This document shows positions 1 through 12,573 of a stretch of 64,000 nucleotides of DNA, piece after piece. The stretch is from contig NC_043016.1 in NCBI RefSeq assembly GCF_006345805.1, forward strand, positions 30,318,001 to 30,382,000, read 5' to 3'. The notes below the pieces were generated by a model. The model was not told the origin of the DNA. It saw only the letters and a list, made by a program, of their open reading frames with translations, and did not search any database. Within the stretch, counting starts at the first letter, position 1. Every line of letters begins with the position of its first letter. The stretch comes from Octopus sinensis (Eukaryota). A program made the translations under genes and the position numbers.

Positions 1-589
1 GGAAAGTGAACCCATGATCTGGTGATTTATCATATATATATATACACATACAATTGACTTCTTTCATTGGACTAGATATGTGGTAGAAGAAGCCCAAGGT
101 GTCACACAGTGGGAATGAACCTGAAACCATGTGGTTGGGAAACAAACTTCTTAACCACACAGCAATGCCTCTGCCTACATATATTTCTTTTTTTTTTCTT
201 TGTCGTGTTTTAGTCAGGAGAGAAGGCAGTGCCAGTTACCCTTTCCAGAGCCTCCGAACCTGGTGGAAGTAAAGCAGAGAGTGAGGTGTCCTCAAATTAT
301 AAACTTGACCTCATTGATCGCTGGTAGTGGTGGTGTTAGACTGAGTGACAAATTCAGTCTGCCTCCCAAGGTGGCCATGGCAGGATTTGAACTTAGAATG
401 CAAAAAGCTATATACAACTGAATTTGTACATATACATGGTCTGATCAATAAATATCCAGACTGCTGCCATAGTAATGAAGCTAAAGCACACAGAGTGAAG
501 CCTCTTGGCACAGATTGACCTTGACCTCTGCTGTGCACTAAGTTTTAATGTTCTAGCTCACTTCTGCTGTTTACAGCAGTGCTTGGAAG

Positions 590-1025
590 GAACATGTGTA
601 GTGTGTGACTGCTGCATTGACCATGACAGAAAAAGTTGTCATGGTGATACCTGCTCAGAGGCCTGCACAAAGTTGCAGAAAGTGTATGGGGTGGGGTGTA
701 TGAATCGCACACAAGTGTACGAGTGGTTCAGATGTTTCCAAGATGGTCGAAGAAATATTGGTATTGACAAATGTTCTGGGAGACCCGCAACCAGTAGAAC
801 TGAGAAAATCATTGCTGTGAGCTGTGAGGAGAAATTGTTGAATCACCATCCATGAGTTGTCAGAGGATGTGCAGATTAGTTACAGTTCAGTTCAGTCCAT
901 TATCACTGAAGATTTGGGTATGAGATGCATGTCTGCCAAGATTGTGCCCAAACTGTTTTCAGTTGACCAAAAAGACACTAGGATTTCAGTTGCAAAAAAT
1001 CTCCTTGATTATGTTGAGAACAATT
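590..1025 (+). mobile_element. Tc1/mariner transposase remnant (N-terminal HTH)
   Basis: LQKVYGVGCMNRTQVYEWFRCFQDGRRNIG..DKCSGRPATS and ISYSSVQSIITEDLGMRCMSAKIVPKL (WVPHEL-like); broken by a stop/frameshift and truncated by a SINE at ~1030. Confidence 0.85.
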
Positions 1026-1028
1026 CTC

Positions 1029-1263
1029 TTTTACTTGTTTCAGTCATTTGACTGCAGCCATGCTGGAGCACCGCCTTTAGTCAAGCAAGCACACTATGCT
1101 GGTGTGTTTATGTCCCCATAACTTAGCGGTTTGGCAAAAGAGACCGATAGAATAAGTACTAGGCTTACAAAGAATAAGTCCTGGGGTTGATCTGCTCGAC
1201 TAAAGGCAGTGCTCCAGCATGGCCACAGTCAGATGACTGAAACAAGTAAAAGAGTAAAAGAGT
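1029..1263. mobile_element. Two head-to-head 3' fragments of SINE family A
   Basis: 1029-1088 is the reverse complement of ~1193-1253; (AAAAGAGT) tail. Confidence 0.8.
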
Positions 1264-2477
1264 ATGTATGACACTTCATCCTCACTCCTCATTTGTTTTC
1301 ATGTTTGCTTTTTCATGCTTGCACTACACTTAATCTTCCACAATCCCACAACCTCCAAATCATTTTCTTTTTTTCTCTTTTTTGTTCCCTTTGTCCTTTT
1401 GATATTTATGTGTGTGTGGAGATTGGGGGAGGGCGGTTGGCTGGATGGATTTCCTTTTTTTTTTTTCTTTCTCTTCCTCCCATTTTTTTCTTGCTCTCTT
1501 GACCAACCCTTCATCCATTTTTTCCACTCACTGACTATTCCTCTTTTTCATTCCTATTCTTTCCTTTTTTCTGATGAAGGACTAATGTCTGAAATGTTAA
1601 GACACTTTTTGTTTCTATCAAAATATTAATTTAATACCTTATTTGCTAATCTTTGTTCCTTCGGCCTTGCCCTTTTTTCTTGTTATGGACTTAAGGGTAT
1701 AAAAATTAACACTTCCTTCTCCAAGCCTAGATTCAAAACCGAATCTAAGAATTCTCGGTTGTCCAAACCACCCCGATCAACAGGCATGAAAAAAGATTTT
1801 CTTTGTCCTGTCAAAAAGTTATTGATCATCTCTCTTTGACCTACGACCTCAGCTATGTCAGGCAAAGTTCAAGTGGACAGGAGCTGACCTATTTAGGTAC
1901 AAACTCTGCTGCAGTATGTCTGTCCTTCTAGCTGCCGCAATTATTATAAATACGGTGGTCAACAGACAGACAAAAATGAAAGGCCTAACAGGCAAATGAG
2001 AAAGATCTATGACAACACGTTTTGGATGACCACAGAGATCCAAAAGAAATGTTCGAAGTTCCACGGTAGACTACTGGTCTCAGATGAACTACGCACACAC
2101 ATACACACAAACATATTCATTTCCGACACATCACTTCCACAGATATACCCTGTTTCTATTTCTAGCAACTCGTAGCAGTTGTCAACATTTTGCATGTAGT
2201 GAAAAATTATGTGCACCAACGACAAATTAAGTCCAGTGAATAAATTATTTTTAACTATGAATCAATTCACTCATTTGTTTACTTCAAAGGCATACACATT
2301 CCTTTTGCATCTGTTCACTTGATACACATTTAACCACTATAAGGGTATATAGTAAAGCTCTGTGTAGCAAAAGTTTACATGAGCATGGAATTGGTAAAAA
2401 GTAGAAATCATTTTGGCTTTGTTTTATTTATTTCCTGCAGGTCTGAATAAAAAGTCATTCTTTTATTTACATTGTAG

Positions 2478-2559
2478 AACTTGAAGACAAACTAGAAAAT
2501 TATCAAGAAATCAATCACCAAAGCGTTATGGAAAGCAATCAATATAAGGATCAACTTAA
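2478..2559 (+). CDS. LEKR1: LEKR1-like exon (LEDKLENYQEINHQSVMESNQYKDQL)
   Basis: attgtag acceptor, gtaaga donor, phase 1/2. Confidence 0.75.
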
Positions 2560-5423
2560 GTAAGATAACTTTGAAGTTTGTCTTTTAATTTTAACAAAGG
2601 AAGCAAATAACTAATTTTTTCAAAGACAACATTTGAATTAATTGAATCAAAACTCACGTTAAACTGGTTCTTTACTTTACTGATTCAAATAACAAATTGT
2701 ATTGAATCTCAGTGTCTTATAAAACAGTCTAGTCATATAAAATAGTGCGTGTACACACACACGCTTCTGGTTATCCATCAACTCAAATGATGGCCATTTA
2801 TTTTCCTTTTCATTTATAGATTCTTTAATGATTGCACATCCCATTCCATAATGTACAGCTTTTGTCACAGATTGAATATGTTAGTGCTTGGTGAAAGCAT
2901 CATGATGTAAATCTGTATGAATGTCCATTTTCTGGTTGTACTGCTGTATGTTTTTTTTTTTCTGCATATCTTCAACCTCCTTTCGATAGTGAGACTACCA
3001 AAGTGAATGACATATAGCCTTGTCTGCTATTGTTGCAGGATTGATGTTGTTCTACTTCAAAACGATCTTCTGCAGGTACTGGAATCGTTTCTTAAGTCCT
3101 TCAGTCAGGTTTTGATCACAGTATAGCTAGCCGTAGTGGTTCATACAGAAATGACATGAGTCACACATGCACACTACATCATCAAACCATTTTAGTTGAT
3201 GCCTGTACAATACTGCAGGTGTTAGTTTTAACAGAAGGTTTATAGGTATATAACCCTATCTAGTCAAGTGACTAAAAGAATCTTCTAGAAACACTGGATG
3301 TTAAAGACCTCCAGTGCCCTGTTCTATTGGTTGCACTTGGTCTGTTTCTGGGCACCCATGGTGGATGTCCAGTAAAAGACAATTTTGGTATGAAACAGCT
3401 GTTTAGAAAGAATCAAGTGGGCAGTCATTGGAAATGGTGCTGCCAAGGTATCTATCAGACTTGGGAGAGTGTGAATGGTTGTGCTGTTGTATTGAGGAAA
3501 TGTTAAAGTAAGAAGGTGATGAAGATGACTTCAATTTTGTGATGTTTAATTGACAGGTGTAACTACAAGATGTAACTCGTATTTATAATCAGTCCATAAT
3601 GAGGTCGCCAGAGAGAAAGGTATCAAACAGTATGGGGATCAGTATGCAGTCCTGCCTAACTCCCATTTTTATCCTAAGGGATATTTCTGCTTTTAACAAT
3701 AATGAACTACCGTCCCTGTGAGAACTAACAGAGGCAGATAACCAATTTTTTTGTGAATATTCCATAAGTTTTGAACAGAGGTAACTGCCTTTCTTCAAGA
3801 TTTCTACTTAAATATTGCCTAGTCTAGATGGCAGTGCTAAATTCGGCAAAGGATAGTGGATTGTCAAGATGGTGATTACAGACCTCTCACAAAATTCCTC
3901 AATGTTCCACTAGTTTAGGAGCTGGTTCAAGTGTTCCCAGCATCCTACTATTGTTGATTGGGCTTTCAGCAGAGATGAGTACCATGCAGCAATTCCTGGG
4001 GCCACAATGGACACATCCAGATTTCTTGAGCTTTAATCCACAATTCCTGTATCAGGCTATGAAGCAGGAATTGAACCAAATTCCAAAGAGTTTAAAAAAA
4101 AAAAACACTGTGACAATAAATTATCTAGATTTCCCTCATGGGCATTTTTCATATCATTCAGGAGACTACTGGCTGTGATGGAGATTTGACCAAGCCAGTC
4201 TCAATGCTTTTTTTTTCAACTTGAATCTGAATAGGTTTGGTAGGAACAACATAGATGAGAAAATATAGAGAAACCATTTGCTATCCATCTTAGTTTCTAA
4301 GGTGGTGAATATCTCTCAAGTTATAAGTCTGACCACTGAAAAAATGATAGTCTTGCTGCCTGCCTGCCTATATTCAGGTGGGAAAGGTTAGGGTCAAGGT
4401 TATTGTTAGGCAGGCAAACACAATGGGATTCTTTCAATTTCTATCTACCAAATCAATTCACAAGGCTTTTAGCTAGCTCAGGTTATTCTTTCCTAAGGTG
4501 CCATGCAAACGAGTTTTGAGTTTGCAAAATCTAGAATACATTATTAATAAAATAGTGATAATGATACAATGACAACAGTAAAAGCAATAAAGATAATAGC
4601 GACAATGGTGACAATGTTAATGATGATGATATATGATAAAAATTATGTGGTGTGCCCATAAGTGTTAACGAGCCATTTATAAGTGAACCATTCCAATTAA
4701 TTTTGTTTCTGTAGAAATATGAAGAATATGGTTGAAGAACTGAACTGCCAGCTAAGGAAAAAGGAACAACATATGGAGAATTTACTTCAAAAGTAAGTCA
4801 GCTTTTAGATAACTAGGTGAATAAATACATAACATACAAAGCAATGACAATATGAGATGATATTGCAATGAGGATATCTTTGTTAGGTGTTTATTTAACA
4901 GCATTAAAAACATATCAAGTAACAGAGAAAAAAAAAATAATAATAACAATAATCCTTTCTGTTATAGGTACAGGCTTGAAATTTGGGATGGGGTGTAGTC
5001 AATTACATTGACCCCAGTACTCAACTGGTATTTAATTTATTATCCCCAAAGGGGATGAAAGGTAAAGTTGACCTCGGTGGAATTTGGACTTTGAATGTAG
5101 CAACGGGTGAAATACTGCTAAGCATGTCATCCAGCGTTCTAACAATTTTGCCAGCTCACTGCCTTAATAATAATAACAACCATGTCTACAATAGGCACAA
5201 CACCTGAAATTTTGGTGGGAAAGAACTAGTTGATTTACGTTGACTCCCAGTTCTCAACTGGCACTTATTTTGTCAACCCGCAAAAAGGATGAAAAAAGCA
5301 AAACTGATCTTAGAAGAATTTGAACTTAGAATATGATAACAAACGAAATACTGCTAAGTGTTTTGTCTAGCATGCCAGCTTGCTACCTTCAGATAATAAT
5401 AATAATAATAATAATAATAGTAA

Positions 5424-5458
<35 letters not shown>

Positions 5459-8400
5459 ACAATAACAACAACAACAATCCTTTCTACTATAGGTATGAGG
5501 CCTGAAATTTAGGGGAGGGGGTTATGCATAGATGTTCACTCAGTTACCTAATTGAGTAGCAATGATGGACAGAGAAAGAGACACAATAATAATAATAATA
5601 ACAACCACAATAAAAACGTTTATTATTCTTCATACTATGAATATGACTTTATGTTACAACGATGTGTTCTGCAGCAGTCAAATTGAAGTGCATGAGCTGC
5701 AACAGAAGCTGCATGCTGTGAGGAGAGAATGCAATCAAGTGCATGAGCAACTTAACACAAAACAGACAGATGACAATGAGGTGAAACGGAAACAGCAAGT
5801 GATGTCAAGTAAGTTCATGCTTTTAACATATTCTTGCTTTAAAAATTTTGCATTGATGATTAGAGTTATGCAGAGTCATTCTCAAGTGCTACTTGTAGCA
5901 TGTAACCCAGTACGGCCTGTCACATAGTCAGGCTGTCAATAACTAAACTGGCGACCCCCAACAAGTTTACTTGGTTAGAAGGGTGATTTGGACACCCTGC
6001 AGAATGCAAAGCAATACTCATCAAAGGGCCAAGAATCTCAAATAATGGGTATATAGAAGAGTTAATCTCAATCATGAACTGTGTAAATAGTCAAAAATGT
6101 GTATATAAAAAAGTTAACCTCAGTGATGAAAAATCCCTGAGCCAGGGTCATGATAATGTCATGAGAAGCAATATGGCAGATGTGAAGTTGGGCATATTGA
6201 TCTGCATTCAACATATGATTTTCATTCAGTCAAACTACATGACACAGCCTGGACAGAAGAACCTCTTCAGCCAATGGTCAGTCTTGGATCAACCAATCCA
6301 GTTAGTGGATTAATGCCATTTGATGGAACTGGCAATTCATCAATGCACTTTAGCTACTTGAAAACACTGTGGCAGAAACGTTAACATGCCTGGTTAAATG
6401 CTTAGCAGTATTTCGTCTGCCGCTATGTTCTGAGTTCAAATTCCACCGAGGTCGACTTTGCCCTTCATCCTTTCAGGGTCGATAAATTAAATGTCAGTTA
6501 TGCACTGGGGTCAATGTAATTGATTTAATCCATTTGTCTGTCCTTGTTTGTCCCCTCTATGTTTAGCTCCTTGCGGGCAATAAAGAAATAAGAAAACACT
6601 GTGGGACCTCATAGTATCCCCAACTAAAATTGGTTGACTAGTAAAAAAAAAAAAGAAATTACAGTTTGGGGTCACCAGATCGTGGTTTCAATTCTCACAC
6701 CAGGTGGTGCATTATATTCTTGAGCATAACACTTCATTTCAGATTGCTCTGTGATGACTTTGACATTTGACTGGTGGCAAAAATTGATTTGACGGTGGGA
6801 ATGAGCTAATGTACAACACAAGCATTTGATTTGCTTTAAATAAGCCATTTATGCAGGTTTGTTCAGCAAGAAATTGCAGAACCTTGAACTTGTCATTTAT
6901 GACAGAAGTGCTCGTCATGTTGTGTGCAAATACATTCCATTTGTAATTATCTCGTAATGATCTTTTGGATGTTGGCTCTCGAAGAATTAGCTACAAATTT
7001 TCTGTTAGTTATGTTTTTGTTAAATTTTTGAAATATGTATGTATATGTGTGTATATATGGATGGATGGATGGATATGTGTACATACATATCTTTTATCCT
7101 TTACTCCTTTTAGTACTGCCTTGAAGGGTTTTTAATCAAACAAATCAATCCCAGCACTTATATTTTTTTTAAGTCTAGCATTCATTCTATCAGACTCTTT
7201 TGATGAACTGCTATGGTGATGACAGTGATGATGATGATGATAACGATGATGATAATGACAATGATGATGGCGATAACAATGATGTTAATGATGATGAAAT
7301 ATGATGACAATGAATGATGATGATGATGACAATGATGGGTGATGGTGGTGGTGGTTGTGAAGGTAATGGTGCTAGTAATGTTGATGATAATGTAGAATAT
7401 AGGCGTAGGAGTGTCTGTGTGGTAAGTACCTTGCTTACCAACCACATGGTTCCGGGTTCAGTCCCACTGCATGGCACCTTGGGCAAGCGTCTTCTACTAT
7501 AACCTCGGGCTGACCAAAGCCTTGTGAGTGGATTTGGTATACTGAAACTGAAAGAAGCCTGTCGTATATATGTATATGTATGTGTGTGTCTGTGTTTGTC
7601 CCCCCAACATCACTTGACAACTGATGCTGGTGTGTTTACATCCCTGTAACTTAGTGGTTCAGCAAATGAGGCCAATAGAATAAGTACTAGGCTTACAAAG
7701 AATAAATCCTGGGTTCGATTTGCTCTACCAAAAGGCAGTGCTCCAGCATGGCCACAGTCACATGACTGAAACAAATAAAAGAGTAAAAGAGAATATAATG
7801 AAAGTAATGATTTTGATGATGTCAGTGTCAGTGACAATGTTAATGAAATGATAATGATAATGAAAATGATGAGGGAGTTGGTGATGATAAAGAAGATAGT
7901 GATGAGGATAATGATGATGATAATGACAACAGCAACACTGTTGTACTCTAAAATGAAAAAATAATAGCCATTAGCTTGTCATCATCATCATTGTTATCAT
8001 TATCATCATCATCGTTTAACGTCTGCTTTCCATGCTAGCATGGGTTGGATGGCTTGACTGAGGACTGGCGAACCAGATGGCTGCACCAGGCTCCAACCTG
8101 ATCTGGCAGAGTTTCTACAGCCTCGTCTGGCACCTGTGTCGGTGGCACATAAAAAAACACCATCCGAGCGTGGCCGTTCGCCAGCCTCGTCTGGCACCTG
8201 TGTCGGTGGCACATAAAAAAACACCATCCGAGCGTGGCCGTTTGCCAGCCTCGTCTGGCACCTGTGTCGGTGGCACATAAAAAACACCATCCGAGCGTGG
8301 CCATTCGCCAGCCTCGTCTGGCACCTGTGTCGGTGGCACATAAAAAAACACCATCCGAGCGTGGCCGTTCGCCAGCCTCGTCTGGCACCTGTGTTGGTGG

Positions 8401-9619
8401 CACATAAAAAGCACGCACTACACTCACGGAGTGGTTGGCGTTAGGAAGGGCATCCAGCTATAGAAACACTGCCAGATCTGACTGGCCTGGTGCAGCCTTC
8501 TGGCTTCCCAGACACCAGTTGAACCGTCCAACCCATGCTAGCATGGAAAGCGGACGTTAAACGATGATGATGATGATGATGATGATGCCCTTCCTAACGC
8601 CAACCACTCTGAGAGTGTAGTGGGTGCTTTTACGTGCCACCAGCACGAGGGCCAGTCTTGCAGTAACGGCAACAGCCACACTCAAATGGTGTTTTTGACG
8701 TGCCACCTGCACAGGAGCCAGTCCAGTGTCACTGGCAATGACCTTGCTCGAATGTTTTTTCCTTTGCTACCAGCACAAGTGCCAGCAAGACGATGCTGGT
8801 AACAATCGTGCTCGAATGGTGCTTTTTACGTGCCCCCAGCATGGAAGCCAATTTGCTGCTCTGGCAACATTCACGCTGGTGCTCTTAGCACTCCACTAGC
8901 ACGGTTGCCATTCCTCATGACCAGACATGTTTAAATGTCTCTTCTATTATTTCAGCTCTTGTAGAACAGCTGCGAGATTCTGAGAAGAAACTTCGGTCTG
9001 AAATTGAATCATTAAAGAAAGAAAGGTAAGACTCCTCAGATTTTTTAAGACAAACAATTTTGAGGGGAGAGATTAGTTGATTAAATAACCCATTAGGTAA
9101 CTTGTGCCTGGTTTTATCCACCTTATAGGGATAAAAAAATGGAAAATGGTATCGACGGTCCTCCCTTATCTATAGGCTCAAAACGATGGTTTCCTAGATT
9201 CTGTGGCATATACAGGGTGTGGCAGAAATACCTCCCACGTTTGAAAGGTTGACAAAAGGAAAAAGAAACAACATTTATGAAAAATTAATTTTACTGTTGT
9301 TTAAACAAAGGGTTACAGTTTTTGTTCATTAACTAAATGAAAACATCATTGGCACTTGCATAAGTTCATTAGCAACACATAGGGGAAAGTTTAAAATGTG
9401 GGAGATGTTTCTGCCGCACCCTGTATATTACCCACTGGAACAGAATGCTGGTTTGTTGCAGAATTACTCATTTTTGTCAGCTGAATGGACTGGAGCAACA
9501 CAAAATGAAGTGGTCTGCTCAAGAACACAATGCATCGCTCAGTCCAGGAATTGAAACTACAATCTTACAATCATGAGTGCCACGTAACCACTAAGCCACA
9601 TGACTCTATCCTCAAAAGC

Positions 9620-9681
<62 letters not shown>

Positions 9682-11539
9682 AAGAAAAAAAACTATGCTG
9701 GATTATATATATAGCGTACCCAGCTGACAACAAGGTATGCGATAAGGAAGAAAGAAAAGTTGAGAGATATGACATGTTAGCTTGGGAGGTAAGCAGTTGT
9801 GGTCGATGAAAAAGGTAGCTGTAGTACCAATAATTGTCGGAGCCCTGGGAACAGTGAGTAAAAATCTCGCTAAGTATGTGGAACAAATAAGGGTTGCAGT
9901 AAGGGTGGAGCACTTGGAGAAAAACAGCACTGCTTGGAAATGCTCAAATACTCTGGAAGGTGCTCGAAAAATAAGTGGTGTTACCTTAGTTCACTGGTAG
10001 TGAACAGCTGACACCGTAGTACATCTCAAGAGTTAGAAGCTGTGCAAAGGCAATGATAATAATAATAATAATAATAATCCTGATGCAATACCAGGCAGTG
10101 GCTATCATGGCTTCTGATCTTAACTGACTGGAAGTGTTATCATGTACATTGTTTTGTCTTGGTATAAAAAATGGGCTACAGCAAATATTCTGCTCAATAC
10201 CACAGATTTGCTTGTCAGTTGTTTGACCTTAACCAACTGAGCATGTCCCTTGTGGCTGACGATATGTGCATCTCTGATCATGAGCAGTACTACTATCATG
10301 TTTTCTTAAGGTGTTTGTGTGTATGTGAGGCACTAGTAATGAATTATGCTTATTTCATCAACTAATCTCTCCTCTCAAAATTGTTTGCCTTCAAAAACAT
10401 ATACAAACATATACACACACATACATATATATATATACATATACATATATATATGACAGGATTCTTTCAGTTTCCGTTTACCAAATCCACTCACAAGGCT
10501 TTGGTCGGCCTGAGGCTATAGCTGAAGACACTTGCCCAAGTTTCCATGCAGTGGGACTGAACCCGGAACCATGTGGTTCATAAGCAAGCTACTTACCATG
10601 CAGCCACTCCTATGCCTATGCTTACCACAAAGCCACTCCTATGCCTATTTGGTAGCTTTGAACAGTTTGACTAGTTAACTGACATGGCCAGCTAGGACTT
10701 CTAGCTTGCTTCCCCTTTGGCCATTCCTGCTACTGCATTAAGTAGCAGGTGCATTTCTTACTCTCTTCTGTTTCAACGTCAATCACATAAGGTGTAACCA
10801 CGTTTGTACAACTTTTATTGATTCACATCCACTTTGGTATGAACACTGTTATAAAAACTTATTTAACACAGGATTCTTGTTCACTCTTCACTAAATGAGC
10901 CTCCATTTGCTCTCACATGAAAGTGAGGTTGCACACCTGGGCCAGGAGCCTTTCAGGGCTCCGACAATTATTAGTACTACAGCTACCTATAGTTGTTGGC
11001 TACTATATCCAGCAGTCCTCTTGAAACAATTTCTGGCGTCTGCTGGTATTGCTACAACATCTACAGTTGTTTGTCATTTTCTCACTTTTCTGCATTTCCA
11101 CTCTTCTGGGAAACTTATGGTCTTTGGAAAGTTTGAGTGTAATTGTTGTTCATATAATTGTTGGTACCGTTTTATATGCTGTTGTTTACCATTCCAGTTA
11201 ATTCTTACTTTCTTGTTAATAAAACAGAGACACGACAACTTCAGCTCATCAAGATCAGATACTGCAATTAAAAAATAGTTTTAGACAGAAACTGGAAGAA
11301 TTTGAAAAGAGTCCACTTAAGGTAAATTAAAAGTCTTATTCTGGTGAAGTTATGAAGCAATGCTGAAGGAGTGGGTATAGGTGCAGGAGTGGTTGTGTGG
11401 TAAGTAGCTTGCTTACCAACCACAAGGTTCCAGGGACGGTCCCACTGCATGGCACCTTGGGTAAGTGTCTTCTACTATATCCTCAGTCCAACCAAATCCT
11501 TGTGAGTGGATTTGGTAGATGGAAACTGAAAGAAGCCTG

Positions 11540-11587
<48 letters not shown>

Positions 11588-12446
11588 TCATCATCATCAT
11601 CATTTAACATCCGCTTTCCTTGCTGGCATGAGTTGGACGATTTGACTGAGGACTGGCAAGCTAGATGGCTACACCAGGTTCCAATCTGATCTGGCAGAGT
11701 TTCTACTGCTGGATGCCCTTCCTAACGCCAACCACTCTGAGAGTGTAGTTGGTGCTTTTACATGCCACCGGCATGAGGGCCAGTCAGGCGGTATGCGTGT
11801 GTATATGTTTGTGTGTCTGTGTTTGTCCCCCAACATTACTTGACAACCAATGTTGGGGCGTTTGTGTCCCTGTAACTTAGTGGTTCAGCAAAAGAGACTG
11901 ATAAAATAAGTACTAGGCTTACAAAGAATAAGTCCTGGGGTCGATTTGCTCAACTAAAGGCGGTGCTCCAGCATGGTCACAGTCAAATGACTGAAACAAG
12001 TAAAAGAATAAAAGAATAACTATCAAAAAAAGCATTGGTTATGAAAAAAATATGCATAGTTATATTTAAGCACAGGCATAGCTGCATAGTAAAAAGTAGT
12101 TTGCTTCCAAACCTCATAGTTCTGGGTTCAGTCCTACTTTATGGCACCTTTGTCAAGCCTTGTCAGTGGATTTGGTAGATGGAAACTGAAAGAAGCCCAT
12201 CTCCTCCCACTGCTTGACAACTAGTACAGGTGCCCTTTATGTGTTACTGGCATGGGTGCCCTTAACATGTCACCAGCACAGGTGCCTTTTATGTGTCACT
12301 GGCACAAGTGTCTTTTACATGTCACCAGCACTGACAACAATCACAATTCACTTAACTTGATGTATTTCTTCAAGCACAGCAAATCACCAGAAGCTTTGAT
12401 CACTTGATCTCCCCCCCTCCTCCTCCTCCTCCTCCTCCTCCTCCTC

Positions 12447-12505
<59 letters not shown>

Positions 12506-12532
12506 GCTGCTGCTACTGCTACCGCCACCACC

Positions 12533-12573
<41 letters not shown>

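Noticed and set aside
8118-8412. CRISPR-like array of palindromic 64-bp repeats
   Set aside because: The units are contiguous with no unique spacers, there are no cas genes, the context is eukaryotic, and the array is part of an RTE 3' UTR.
8009-8427. Repetitive 99-130-aa ORFs (MCHRHRCQTRL..., YVPPTQVPDEAG...) and related ORFs at 18715, 20240, 25740 and 62837
   Set aside because: They arise from GC-rich RTE 3'-UTR repeats, are open in several frames and on both strands, and lie downstream of the LINE stop codon.
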